A stretch of DNA of 62,165 nucleotides, counting the filler, from Choristocarpus tenellus KU-1152 (lineage: Eukaryota > Protista > Phaeophyceae), in NCBI GenBank assembly GCA_964200185.2. It is 9 parts of 9 records of this genome, joined end to end, with 100 filler letters (N's around TTAATTAATTAA, not from the genome) between each part and the next. Parts side by side here need not be neighbours in the genome. Positions count along the whole stretch, not along the records: positions 7,493 to 24,429 come from CAXNAD020000742.1; positions 24,530 to 27,755 come from CAXNAD020021414.1; 7 more parts are not named here. The stretch is one strand, 5' to 3'. Each line of letters starts with the position of its first letter. Position 1 is the first letter of the stretch. Below are positions 11,601-25,371 of this stretch, piece after piece. The translations under genes and the position numbers were made by a program. The notes under the pieces were generated by a model that ran no database searches, had not been told where the DNA came from, and was given only the letters and a program-made list of their open reading frames with translations.

Positions 11601-14010
11601 TCTAACCCTTCGTTTATGATAATGCTTCGAAGCACTACTATTATGGCCTAGACCAACTTGGGAACATCTGATAGGTTATATTCGTACGTGGGACACAGGT
11701 TGAAACGTCAAACAGACAAAGTGTGACTCAAGACTGAAATCGTGATAAAACAAGGAAGGATTATATGAAGAATTCACCATTACAATGCCTGTTTGTCAGT
11801 GTTGTGATTCCCTAATTAGACGCCTTGAAAACATATTAAAAAGGTAATTGGTGTTCTCGAGGGCTGAGTAAACCTTTCTTTCCTTATCCCTTACCCGCAC
11901 TAAATGTGGATGTATAACTAACATGATGAATATGGGATAGTCAATTATGCTCGTCATTTGCATGGGTCCTGCTTATTTCAAGCTGTTTGTATGACCCTGG
12001 CAATCTCGGACAGGATTGGTTTCCAGTCCCTAAATGTTCCTCCAATGAAATTCCCGTCTTGTTGGTCAATATCCATTTGCTTTGTTCTACATGCAGGCGG
12101 TAGCCCCCGAACAAGTTCTCCTCTAAGTATGTGAGCTCTCATGAATTGCTGGTGTTTGATTTTAGGTTTGCCACGAACGTTCTCAGGTTGAGAACTGTCC
12201 GTCCATCTTCAGCGCTTTCCTTCATTTGCACCTGCAAAACATACACACATGCCATTTCTTTTCATATGTGTGGTGTCATCGAATGTACAGCAAGAAGAGG
12301 AAGTATACTGCTCAACTATACGACCCCTTATGCACGTGGCGAGAGAATGACAATTCCTTTTAGTGCTTTATGCAGAGAGAAAGTGATTAATACAGACAAT
12401 GACAACGCTTCGATCCGTGACGTAACTTGTCATGCTAGCTGTCGACTCTGTTTGGAGTATACCCATGAGTTCACAAGGAAACAGTATATTTTTAGTCAAT
12501 AAACAAGTTTGGCAGTTTGGCAAAATACACACAGTGAGAGGGATTACTAATATATCTTCAAGTGTGTTGATCCACAAGATTGAGTTGTTCATATATTTTG
12601 CAATAAATATATTCAATGAGTATAGTTGGGGCAGGGGCAAAGCTGCGAAAAAAATGCATACACCCCAAATGGAGCAAAAACTGTAGCAAACAAACATGGG
12701 TCACAGAGGCCACTAGGCATTGATCTCAAAGGTTGACCTTTTTTTATCATTGCCAGGAAATTGTCACCTTAAGTTGTCCATCCCAGTGGTTACACAAGCC
12801 TTCAAACAAGAGTATGCAGAATTCCTGGTCAGAGTTGGAACAGATCACAAGGACATTGCATGGTAAGCTGGACAACCAACAAGAACGGCTTCTTACTGGG
12901 CTTAACATCGTGCCACATATATTATTGCATACTGGAGTACTCATATTGATAGTATATTTCATGCTGTGAGTGGCATGATGGGAAAAGGTCAAATTGTCTG
13001 TAGGATAGAAGATCCTGAAGAATCATTAACAAGAAAAATGTAGCAGATCATGATATTTGTTTGGCAAGATTCAGGAATGAACAGTGCTGTTCAGAACACT
13101 AGAGTTGGTCACATCCAGTGCCCCAGCAGTGGTACATGGAGATTGGATAAAACCTTGACCTTGTACTACCTCCGGTCCATACGTCTCTGACAGAGAGTTG
13201 TTCCTCATGTGTGATGAAAGATCTGGGAAGGTATTCCAAATGCCACGGCAATCAACTGAAACCCCTGACCATTTCCTATATCAACAAAAGTTTATGAATC
13301 TAAAAATCCCATTATGCACATGCTGTGTGCCTTTTTTTTGGTTGCTAATATGTGGCTGAGTTTGTGTTCTGATTCCTTGTTTGAAATCAGGAATGAAGCA
13401 CCTCGCGTGGCTGTATATGGTATCCATATCCGACGAGATGATCTGGAATTGTCATTTGCGTAAATAGTCACTGTACAGCTAACATATTGAATTTGATATA
13501 CAAAAGTTGATAGAAAAATAATTTATTTTTCATGGGAGGTCACTTTCACTCTTGGTTGCAACCTCTGTAGAGACTTCTGAGTCGTACTGGGTGAACTGAG
13601 GTGGAAGCATTATGCTTAGCCTTTTTTTGCATATTTTTCCCTTCTTCACGTAATCGTCGAGTATTTTATCATTTGCGTTCATGCCCCATACACCGAGTTC
13701 AACTTCAACTACATGTACACATGCTCGAGCAGTTGGGACACCAGCAGTTGCTAACTAGGATGGTGTCAGGTGCTATCACAAGTAAAAACAAAAACTATTG
13801 GTGCATGGTATCTATTTTATAGCTTTGGGACTACGCCATATTTTTTAGAAAAGATAATGGCTGCAAAGGGCTTCAGTCTAGAATTTGATTTGATGTTGTG
13901 GCAGTTTCAGGGTGGCATAGAGAGGCTCCTCGAGGTCACAGGGCCAGTGCATACATACCTTTTGTACATATCTGGAGTGTGAAATCTTTTTCATGCTTTA
14001 TCATAGAAAA

Positions 14011-14270
14011 GAGTGAAAGTATCTTAGAGGGTACGAATTTTTCCCTGTTTGTCCATTTGGGGCTTGGCTTCCCATGAGTTTTCAATGAAATTTTACCTGC
14101 TCCAAAATGTTTCGGAGTAGGTAAAATGTATACGTTATGAAAAGATGTGTCCAGAACAAGAATATTGACCTCTCCTAACAAACATGATAGCCAAAAATTA
14201 CATCAAAATTGTAACATTGGATTTTGGCCCACAAATGGACGCAGCTCTATCCTCTATGATACTTTGACTC
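14011..14270. mobile_element. MITE family A copy, 4-bp TSD AAAA
   Basis: aaaa|GAGTGAAAGTATCTTAGAGG...CCTCTATGATACTTTGACTC|aaaa. Confidence 0.88.
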
Positions 14271-14543
14271 AAAATGTTGCATATATTAACTCCTTGCTAT
14301 GCTCTCATAGAAAATATTGCACATACATTAACATTTTGCTATGCAGACGCTGCAGGTGAAATCAAAATGGTGAAATCTTAGCCACGTGAATGTGATCCTC
14401 ACGTTCAAATTTACCTACGGATTCTTTATTAATTGTAAAGCTCTGTATCCACTGTAGCAACAGTTTCTGACTTGTTTTCCTCTGAGCACCTCTGACTGCT
14501 CATGGATGCTTTGAAGTAAAATACAATACTCCGCACTAGAAAA

Positions 14544-17500
14544 TTAAGTGAATACAACTCTAGAGCACCAAAGCTCAAGATATCTACTGCTGTATGCAGG
14601 GTATATATGATAAATTCTACCAAAATACGACTTGTCATTTTCGCATGATAGGTGTACTGCATCCCCCAGGTGACAAAAAAAGACTTTGGAAAGGAACCCC
14701 TGATGAAAAAAACAGACATCAATAGGCATTAAGGCATTGATATGGGCAGTGAGCTCGTACAGTAGTGCCTAGAGCCTGATCCGTGAATTCAAGGAAGTAG
14801 TGGCACCTGAGCTCCTCTTCATGGATCTGTTGTCCTTTACTGTGTTGAATATGATTCAGATTTGCAAGGTCGCTTCAGAAATAGCAGTGGAATCAGGAGA
14901 TCCCCAATGGAGTCACATTGCAATATGCTACGTACCTTGAACGTCTCTGCTGGCCCACCCTTGGGAGCCCAAAGTTCCTTTGAGAAGACTGCATCTGCTA
15001 ATCTTGATACTGCCTCCAGGAAGTCGACAGGCATTAGACAACAATTCTTGGTGCGATCGAGGAGCTCATCGGTCACCAACATACGACTCTGGCTCAGGGA
15101 CATTGAAGGGCGACTGGATGAGTGTGGGAGGAGATGGGTACTTTCAAGGGAGAAGAGAGTTGATATGGTAATGAAGGGGCAGGGCTCCACATTCCTAGGG
15201 TCTGTTTCACAGATCAATGCACAGAAAAGCGTGACAGATGAATGTATCTGTGGAATGTCCTCTTTGGCAATTGGGTCCTTGAACTTGAGCACCTGAGTAG
15301 CAAATAATAGTAGCTACATTGTACTGCACCCAAAAGCAATAGACTTCAAGTTTTGACAAAATATAGGAAGAATTTTTTCTCATCTAAAGGCATGATAGAA
15401 ATATTTGTGGATGGCCTTCGTACTGGATGACCGATGTTCTTGAGTGAACTTTCGATCAACTAGGGAAAGAACAGCTTCTCTATCTCTACATGTATGAGTA
15501 TCCAAACCAACAATTGTAGCATTCCACAAGGATGCTATTCAGTAAGATGGGGAAAGGCCTAATAATTGACACAAGTTCAGGAGGGGGTGGAGGAGTCCCT
15601 GGAAAGGGGAAATATGTTAGTGTTGGGATGAGTAGCTCTTCACCTGGAGGAAGATAAGCTTAACTTTGTCCCTTTCTACATACTGGTACAAACCAGCATC
15701 TGATACCAGACTTTCCCAGTCGGTGAGAGAGAACCACAGCAGCTCCTGAAAGGGGAGTGGGCAGGGAGTATGGAAGGAGTGCGTCTTGTTGATGCATTTG
15801 AGCCATGTACATGACTACAATCATCGCAAAGGCGTTGCAATGCATTTCCCGACAACACTAACTCTGAGTCAAGGGTTTGTTGTGCACTACAGAGCGCTGA
15901 ACAAATCAAATTACCTCAACACACTGACATATCGCTGAGTAGACTATCAATTGATTTACTCTTAGGAATAGGGATTATAAAATATGCAATCTTTGGACTA
16001 CAGCAATTTCAATCATCCTAGCCTTCAGAATGTAAATGATGCACTGGAATCTACAGTGATGCAGCTTTTGTTCATCATGTGTAGGCCTACTTACCCGGTG
16101 CTGCAACAACTACCTATGGCGCTTGAGGGCTACTTGTTCAATTCTGTCGAAGCTGTGTAATGAATTACTTGCTTTTTCTACGTATTTTTGTGTATGGTGA
16201 GGTGACACGGATAATTTGGTTCGCGACAAAGGACGTTTCCCAACAATTGCGTTTTTGTACACAAATCCAAGCGATTAAGGACTGATAGTTGTAGACATGT
16301 TGTGACTTCTTGGCAACAAGTCCGTTGAAGCCATGACTTGTCGGATGTGTGACCATATCCTTGTTTATCCTTCGTTCAAGATACCATACCATACAACAGG
16401 TTGCCTACAAAATGTGTCGAATCTTACTGGAATGACGAGATTTGGTTGCAACTGAAGCAGCTGCCATGAGCTATTGGAGTGAAAGATACTTTAGATGTTG
16501 ATGCCATACTCAACAGAACTTGAAAAACCTTGACTGAGAAATAAATCTCTCTGTGATCTTAGACAGTAGTACCTAACCAAATATCCTTTCTGTTCATTGA
16601 CGAGGAGACTTTTGTAAGACGATATTAACCCACCCTCTTGAGTAAAAGTAAACAGATCTGAGAGAGGGGTGACTTCTGGCCATTTCATTGTTAATTAACT
16701 TAGAAGTGTGAAGCCGAAATTAAGGCATCCTTCACGAGGAGTCTGTGGATGTAGAAGGAAAGGCCCTGTAGATGTAGAAGGAAAGACCCTGTGGATGGAT
16801 GTTTTCTCATTATTGGGCTGGAGGATGCAAAAAATAAAGTAAACAAGAAAACAGTTTGGAGACCCTGCTGCAATGGTGGCAGGCCTTCCCCAGGATGCTT
16901 TGGATCATAACCAGTTTCTCAAATAGATTTGTAAAGCACAACGATATACGACCCCATTCAAGACTCCCCCTTTACCCAGAGAAAGTCCTACAAAAGACCA
17001 AGAATACTGAATATTGATCGACTCCTAAACTGATATGAAGTCATTTGAAAGTTGTAACTAAAGAATGAACAAGGATGTTGGTTGGTAGGTTCTGCCTATT
17101 ATCTCGTAGACTTGAAGGTGAAAGCTGTGTAGTCCCAAAGTTTGGAGTCTGAACCTACATGACTTTGTAGGAAGTTCTCACATCTGCTTGTCAGAGGCGG
17201 GGTAGATGGTAACACTGACGCCTGTTTCCACCTTATGTCATTTTGGCTCACTCTTGGGACATGAATGCTGAGAAACGATCCGAAATTCTCAAGCAGAAAA
17301 CCGAAAGAAATTTTTATTCTCAACATTGTATGCATTCCGCCCTTTGACAAGGATTGATCGTGAAAAGCATAGTTCAGCGTGGTCTTACCTTCACCACTGT
17401 CTGTTCCCTGCGGCTCTTGCTCTTCAACTCTAAGTTGTTCATGGGATAAACCTTTGAGAACACTCAGGGCATGTAGCGGAAAGTTGTATGTTGTCAAAGT

Positions 17501-20500
17501 TCAATACCCACATCAATCCTCTGCTGGATGAGTTGAGGACAAGAGTACACACACAACAAAAAAATAGCAGGGTTGGTGGGTAAGAGTCGCCTTCTTGACT
17601 GACCCTGTCAAAGGTGCGAATAATTAGTCAAAGCAAACGAGAAGTACCCAGAGTTACATTTTGATAATGATGACAAACATTCGCACAACTCGACTTTTTC
17701 TTCCAAAAGTGTATAGAATATTTTCTTGATTGTGTCGAAAAGCTTCAGAAATATAGATATAAACGCTCTTGAGTCGAACTTCGATCTTCGAACTTCATCC
17801 ACAGAAATATGGGTGAACCGCAAAGGATTGAAAAACAGACTTGAAATGCAAACGGTCAAACACTGGGTACCTCTCGTTTACTTTGAGTCAATAGAAGCTT
17901 GGGCACTGGAGGGAAGGCCATATGAGCGCCACTAAGTATCTTAGGTGCTCTCTCCTTTCAAGAGCATTAAAATGTTACCACCAACAGTGCGTGGGATTTT
18001 TCACAGAGGCCACGACTTGAGATGAGAATCTGATAAGGCGTTCCTGATAATGAAACGATCGTAGGAGAGACTAAGGTCAACAAACTCACCTTGAAAAGTA
18101 TGCGGAAACCATTTACGACGGACCAAAGGACTCTGTCTAGCTCTTCGGTGTACAAACGATTTTTCCGGTAGTTGTCTGTGTCCAGTAGGGCCATCTTTGG
18201 TAATCGGTGCACAACCTTTTCAATATTATGGATTGCACGTTGAAAAAGAACAGTTCGAATAACACGTTTGGTCAACTGTATTTCACAGGGTAGATAGACC
18301 GAGGCTCAATGCCTTTGAACCAAATTGAGTCATATAAATATATGTAAGTGTGGATAGGACCTATTGGGGTCTTAATCATGACTCCTTGATAGCCAATTCT
18401 GCTTGCTAGGGCAATATTGAGGACAGTTCTCCCTACTTCTTTTGGAGGAAGATTGCAGTAGTTCCTGCATCATTATTATGGTAATGTTTGGCGTCCTTGC
18501 TCTGTAGCGTTACTCCTAGAGTGTGTCCAATTTGTGGGGGGTCAGTGGTGTCACTCTTATACTCCACTATAGGAGGAAGTCAGGACTATGTCAGATTCGA
18601 AGGGTTCAGAACCAGGCAAAGGTGCAGAGGTTTCGGCAGCAGCATACTTTCAATCCAATTGGGGTACAGCCCACTCTTTGATGTTTCACAAGGGTTGTGA
18701 CAGCAGCTGTTACACATGATGCAACCGTTCCACAAGATGCAGATGAAATCATCACCTGTCACCCACAAGATTGTCTTCAGACTGGTAAGAAATGAACAAC
18801 ACATCCCCAACATGCCGGAATAGTCCATTTATTGTCATAACTCTAGCAGACAACTGCATTCAACAATCCCACCTACCTACTACGACTTAAATGAGTGATG
18901 TCATATTACGTGTGTCACTAGTCAGAGCGCAGGGACGTTTGAGGGTCAGGGATGATGGTTTTCACCTCCATCATGAAGATTTGCAATGCCCTGCTGACGG
19001 TACCATTGTTGACCTCCTTTTGATACAGTACTGCGGCAATACGAACAAAACACTCCATCCATTCCTGAGTCAGGGTTAGGGATAGCCTTTTTATGCCAAG
19101 GTGGGAGAGAGCAACTCGAGATACAGTACAATTTCCTCCAGAGGAGACTCTGTCTTCCCCTGAGTATTCCATGTACACCCCTTCCTTTATTGTGCCTTAG
19201 GCAATAGCACTATGTGTTATGGATCACCCATTCACGAATGTATAGCCACAGTGAATATGTTACAAGTGGTTGTGAGTCCAAGTTAGTGAGAGGTACCCAG
19301 AGTTAGTGTTAGGGTTAGGTAATGTGTTGTGGATAACCCATCCACGAGTCCATATTCACAGTGAATATGTTACAAGTGATTGTGAGTCCAAGATAATGAG
19401 TGGCATTTTAGGGATGGTGATAAGCTAGGCAAAATCCGGCTTTTTTATTTTACAAATGTGTATAGGATAGTTCCTGCATTGTGCTGGAAAATTTGTAAAC
19501 GATAGACAAATAAACGTTCTCAAGTTGAACTTAGAACTTCATAAATAGAAGTATGGGAAAATAGCAAAAGGTTGAAAAACAGACTTGAACTGCTAAAGAT
19601 CAAAACTTGAGTACATCTTGTTACTTTGGTTCAGTCGGCACAGTTTTGGTTCCAATCCTGAGGCGATCGAAGGTTGAAAAGGCTAGCAACAGGATTTGGG
19701 CATCGAAGACATTGGAATTAATGTCTGGTGCGTCCCCCTAACACTGCATCGATAAGATATGATACGGACCAATGAGTAAATGAGATAAGCCATGGGAGGG
19801 TAAAGCGGAAACGCAGAAGTGCTCACCTGCTCACACAAATAATCGTCTAAGTTTGCCTTGCCCTCTTTAGAAGCATTATCTTCTTCAATATTGACAGCGA
19901 AGAAGATTTGAACGAGATTCTGCTCCAGATCCTTGCTCAAACCCTTTACCACATCCGTGATGAAGGTTATGTACTTTAAGGAATAGGAACAGTCAAAAAC
20001 GCTATCAGTGACTAAGCACATGTTGTTGCATATAGTGGGCAACTTGAATCAGAAGTTGTACACTGTTAGGTTCAGAGTATCCGGATTTGGGGTCAATTTT
20101 TGCATGTCGGATGAATAATGTAATTTCAATTTTTCTGATCATGGTCCAAATGGACACCCTGGTGTAGAACCCCCCCCCCCCCCCCCAGATACTTTGAGCC
20201 TCACGATTTCAAATTGTATTCTTACAAAGACTGTACCAGTAGGAATTCGCGAAGAAAAATGCAGGAAGAGTGATTGTTCCTGGAAATCAGTGCGTGGTGC
20301 ATAGGTTGGGTGATTGGTTGGCAATATGGCATGATGGTATATAAGGCAATATTGTGACGATGATTAGTGAGGATAATACAGTTCTTCCCCTGACACATCT
20401 GCAAAAATGTCAAGAGGGCATAATATGATATAAAATACAGTCACAGCGCCATCCTACCACCTGCCAAGCACCAATATCAGGTTGGCAGGACAGCAGTGAT

Positions 20501-23500
20501 GTGCTTCTTTTTGGGGGTGCTGTTTGTAAGAGAAGGACTAAAGAGTGTTATGAACAGCAATATATATATATATATGTACCACCTGTACTGAAGTGGAGTG
20601 TCTGCCTCAAAAGAGTCACCTATGTCTAGCGAAGAAAGTGCAGATCATTCGCCAATGACATGCATGACATTGTGACTCTCAAGCACCACCAACATTGTAG
20701 ATACATTCTGCACCTGATCTTTGCTAAGCATGTAACTAGAGCCATCTGGTTCCCCACACACTCCTCCAAGAGACACGTAGTACATGTATGAAGTGAGGAG
20801 AACGTCGTAGTGTGTCCACAGGGTGTCAGATATGGCTGTGACCTCCTGCTCAAGTAGACACAAGGATCAGAGCGCTGATTTGAAGAAATTATTAGAGAGG
20901 TCGAGCCAATAAACGACACTACTCTGAGGGCATGTGGAACATTGCATGAATAGCAAGATTTATACCCATGCAATATCTATACCGGAGTATATATTGGTTT
21001 GAGGAAATGGGGCACATTTATTTCACACCTTCTACCCCCCAAATCATTTACTATTCGTTTCTTGTTTTAATAACAACAATGCTGGAATTACTCTTTAGTG
21101 GAGTATACAGGGGTGAACTTCAAGGTCAGATCCATTCCATACATTGATTGCCATGCCATTGTTACGTTAGGCTCCAAGGGTAAATCTGAGTGAAGGTTTA
21201 TACTATCGTGGAGAAGGTCTATACTATCATGGATCCATCCGCCTTTCAGTCAATCATACAATGAGGCTTGGCCTTGTCCTCCCTACTATTACTGCCTACC
21301 TCCTTTTCAAGAGACCTATTTATCCTTCCACGATTGTTGTAAATTCCTCCACCAATTGTGTACTCCAAAGTACCTTGGCCACTGTCATCTTCTTGTTGGC
21401 AATGTCCTTGTTGCCAATTGACACAAACTTTGGAAAGCAGTTCAACCTTGCCATGCGGTTGAACGATAGTTCAAAGCGGCAGCGCTTCACCTGCTCAGAT
21501 CAGCGCAATGACCAAACAAGGTACTGCAGTATGGGTACACTGAAGCATTGCGCACCTGCCTGGTCTCGAAATATGAAAAGAGCTGGGGCAATAATTACAG
21601 TGCTAGTGCGCTGTACCTATTGGACTTCACAGCAACAGGAGGGCATGATGATGAGTTCAGGGAATCAAAGCCGGTCACTTTTCATATGACTGGAGCAGTA
21701 TGCACATGGCTACTTGATATAGAAGGCAATGATCACCTTAGAGCTTCTGTTTAATCACGTTATTCATTGTCAAGTCTCGGAGGTGAAGTAGTGTGAAGGA
21801 TCTAGCATGGACGCACACATTAAGCACTTCATTGACAGGTCTACCAAAAAGGGAGTAATCTCTTCTCATGAAAAAAATACTTCTATGTATGTATCTTTGG
21901 TAACACTTTGCAGAAAATAATGGTCAGCAAGGATGATACTACTTCCGGTTTTGTTCCTCAAATTTCCCAAAATTCAACTGTAAGCACTATTGCGGCAGAT
22001 GATATTGTTCGGGATACGGGAAATGCCTTCTGCGGATTCAGTTATGGACCATACCACAGTGTTTTCACATTATTCTCCCCCCCGCCCCTCAGGGTTAGCT
22101 GGTGCCAACCTTGGTTGAGTTATATACAGCTCTGCTCTCGCATTGCCTCTTTCGCTGACTAAACACAGAAGATGTTTCCACGGACCAGGTTTTCATCCTC
22201 TCATCTCCGACCATGTCACCACGATCATCGAACTCATCCTGCCATGACAACGGGAACATGTTCATTCTTGAGTATTGGGGGTATCACTGCAAAGATTCGT
22301 CTTGATGGATGGAGTCCATAGCCAAGATAACAATATATGACGCTCATGAGTTGGCCCCATATACACTCTCAACATCAGCGCAAGGTGCTATGGAGTAGTA
22401 GTTTAATGACCCGTTGAATCTACTAACTCCCTTTGTGTACCTTTGGGGACAGTGAACTGCACAAATTATCTTCAGTATTCCTTGGCCAATAACCTGTGCC
22501 CTGGATGATAGCCTTAAGAAACAGTGAATCTGCCAGTTGAGTGAAAGTATCTTAGAGGGTACGAGTTTTGCCCTGTTTGTCCGTATGGGTTTTTTATGGC
22601 AATTTACCTACACTGAAATGTTTCGGAGTAGGAAAAATGTATACGTTATGAAAGGTGGTCCGGAATTGACACTTCCTAACAAACACGATAGCCAATATTT
22701 AATCAAAATAGCAACATTGGATTTTGGCCCCCAAATGGACGCGGCTCTACCCTCTAAGATACTTTCACTCAGTTGTGGTTCCAAAGATCTACAATGGCAT
22801 TGAGTTGTCAGTGTTGATCACAAGAGGGCTTTCTCTCGCAACGAACCAATCCTCTGGTAATACCTAAGATATATAATTACCCAATAATCAAGAGAGTCAA
22901 AAGTAATTGAGAGTTAGGCAAGGTTGCTCGCATTTTAAGGATCCCAACAATGGTAAAAAAAAAACACTCATTTTTGTGTGTGGAGAGGGGGACATGCAAA
23001 TTTGCAAAACAATATTGTGTGCATAGATCAATAAAATAGGACGCATTGCACGGGATAAGAAAAACGACTTTAAATTGTTGTAGGACCAAATCCTGCTGAA
23101 TACACCTCAGTCTCTCTTGCTCGAAAGGGAGCTTCTACCACCTCAAAGTGCACAGAAAGCAACACAAGGATTGGATCTTTGACCTGCTTTACTGAGTCTC
23201 GACGTCTGGTGTAGCTAAAGCTCTCTGCTATTGAAATTGGTGGACCGTCTCTACTCTTACTCGTTTCATCCTTATCCTCCTTCCCCTCATCGGAAAATGT
23301 CTTGTGAGAACGCACTCAATCCCCCAACATACAGTGTAAAGATAGTAAGTACCTTTAAGCGTGGCTCATCCATCGTGAATACATCCGTTTCGATCGGAAC
23401 AACCCCAAGCAAGGGGCAATTCCCAGAACTAGGGCATCCATGGCACCTGTTGCATGCTTCCCTCGTTCTTGTCATGTAATGCTGTGATATTGGAGGGGGA

Positions 23501-24323
23501 TTGGGGGCTGGCATGCCACGGAGGAAAGCCATCGATAGCAGCAGCACCTTTGTTGAAGACAGATGGTAGAGTGAGAAGGAGATGCAACGAGTCTCGGGCA
23601 GGGTGAGCAAAGTCATGAGACATATATATGGTGAACCAAGGTAACGAAAACACGAGGAGAGGAAAGGGGTGGTGCAGGTGACTGACTTAGGCATCAGACA
23701 TTCAGGTCGATAGACATGCTTACAGTGTTACAGAATGCCTAATGCTGCAACGTCTATGTGTTTTGGCTGCAGCAGTAAACACAGGCGAACTAAAAATTAC
23801 ACTTGTGACACAGGCAAGAGTCCTTTGTGTTTTCCTGAGCTGTCAGTTGTTATGAGTTTCTGTTTAGATGCAAGTCCTGTGGGTGGGCGTATTGGAGTGC
23901 AAACTGGAGTAGCAGGATTGTGGTATAGGTTATGCTGTCCCCAACCTGTAGTTTTATAGTTTGACCTGACTAAATTGCCGTAGTGTGCTATCCAGTGAAT
24001 TGGTGGGGTTATCACTGACGGATTACTTGTCATTCAAGCTCCAACAAAGTTAGCAGGAGCTGTCTGCTGTATTGTCGCCTTACACTCTTTCCTTACCCAG
24101 TGAGGCGATGGAGACTGGAGTTGCTCTAATTCTGGGGGTGCTATGCACATCTCTGCCAGATTCTTGGGGGCTGGGTTCAGGTGAAATGGTCCCGGATGTT
24201 CCGGGGGGTAGGACATGCAGTCTGTTTTGGCGTAGTGATGGTAATAGTTTCCATCCATACCCTGGAGAGGGTGCATCAATACATGTTGGTGATTCTGACG
24301 GATGTAGCAGTGATGGGAGCAAT
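14544..24323 (-). CDS. Multi-exon conserved uncharacterised protein (protist family often seen with LRR/EF-hand-like regions); 5' end off-contig
   Basis: GT-AG exons in compatible phase: about 24323-24097, 23547-23447, 23300-23184, 22238-22110, 21490-21374, 20845-20714, 19973-19827, 19064-18966, 18215-18090, 17451-17389, one or more unresolved, 15088-14936, 14699-14544. The spliced peptide includes IFFAVNIEED...LCEQEWMECFVRIA...DNYRKNRLYTEELD...SRMLVTDE...VDFLEAVSRLAD. Confidence 0.75.
17625..17889. mobile_element. MITE family D (intronic)
   Basis: TAGTCAAAGCAAACGAGAAGTACCCAG...CTGGGTACCTCTCGTTTACTTTGAGTC. Interior is homologous to 19384-19632, 31032-31288, 60277-60464 and 62003-62100. Confidence 0.75.
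19216..19400. repeat. Local duplication with 110-bp period spanning a MITE D junction
   Basis: CACAGTGAATATGTTACAAGTG.TTGTGAGTCCAAG occurs twice, 110 bp apart, with a TTAGGG-like tract between the copies. Confidence 0.8.
19384..19632. mobile_element. MITE family D (intronic)
   Basis: Shares TTGAAAAACAGACTTGAA and the TACTTTGGTTC end with the 17625 copy. Its left junction is duplicated at 19274. Confidence 0.7.
22539..22770. mobile_element. MITE family A copy, perfect 23-bp TIR, 4-bp TSD AGTT (intronic)
   Basis: agtt|GAGTGAAAGTATCTTAGAGGGTA...TACCCTCTAAGATACTTTCACTC|agtt. Confidence 0.92.
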
Positions 24324-25263
24324 TGCTGTCCGAAGAACAAATCCTTTTCAAGAGTTGTGTACTGTTTTCGAGTACAAGCTTATTCTGACCAAAATGGCTC
24401 AAACTATCTGGGGGGGGGTTGCAGCTGTTNNNNNNNNNNNNNNNNNNNNNNNNNNNNNNNNNNNNNNNNNNNNTTAATTAATTAANNNNNNNNNNNNNNN
24501 NNNNNNNNNNNNNNNNNNNNNNNNNNNNNAAAATTTTGTTCGAGGTGGGGGGAAAGAGGGGAGATGTTGTGGGAATGGGGGGGGGGGGGGGGGGGGGGAG
24601 GTAAGGTTGTTGTGAGCCTCAATACGCTGTTGCATTCCCCTGTGTGCGTGTGAATGTTCCACATATCACTAGATTGCTTGGCATACCATACTCACAGCAA
24701 CTTCCCCACTTCTCACCAAAAGGCCTTTCTTCACTTAGAAGGAATGTAGAAAAAGTCATCCGTACTTCTTTGTTCTACCGGTGTTGAGCCATTGTGTGTT
24801 TTACCAGGTATTGGCCTCTGGGACTCTTCGTGACTTCCGACAGACCAGCAACGCTTCAATTTCCCTTTCGATGACACTGCCGCTGCACCCTGGGCATAAT
24901 TTCGTTGTTGATACTTCTGATTTGAGCTATCTCGGGTAATCGAGTACTTCTGAATTACCCTCAGACTAAACAACCAAGCACTTCACAGACCTGCGCCTCG
25001 CCACAACAGAGTGGGAACCATGACAGTTACTACTTACTTGCAGTTGTTACATACTCCAAGGCCGATTTTTGTTTATTGTTTATTGTTTTTTTGCTTTTTG
25101 TTTCTTGTCTTGGATCTTTCGGTGCCTGTATCAAGTCAATGCCTCATGGAAAGCAAGCATGTCTCAAACCATCAAAAAACGATGATTCAATTCCAAAATA
25201 CTTTCAGATTAATTTGACAAAAGAATCGCTAGCAATGAGCACCAGTACCAATCCCTGTGTTAC

Positions 25264-25371
25264 CTGTGGCCCTCCTCCGTCCACCATGTTCGATTGTCCA
25301 GGCATTGCTTGGTAAAACTGGGCTTGATGTTGTTGCTGCTGCTGCTGCTGCTGATAAGCAATTCCCATAGC
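25264..25371 (-). CDS. Putative internal exon with poly-Gln tract (gene unidentified)
   Basis: ttccag|AMGIAYQQQQQQQQHQAQFYQAMPGQSNMVDGGGPQ|gtaaca, 108 bp, phase 0/0. Confidence 0.4.

Noticed and set aside
12100-13900. Exon-like pieces on the plus strand
   Set aside because: I could not build a stop-free, phase-consistent chain or recognise a family.
16744-16797. 23-bp tandem repeat x2.3
   Set aside because: An ordinary intronic slippage duplication.
18330-18560. Possible LINE reverse-transcriptase remnants (also about 3500-4000 and 49300-49500)
   Set aside because: The resemblance is vague and no YADD or other diagnostic motif is visible.
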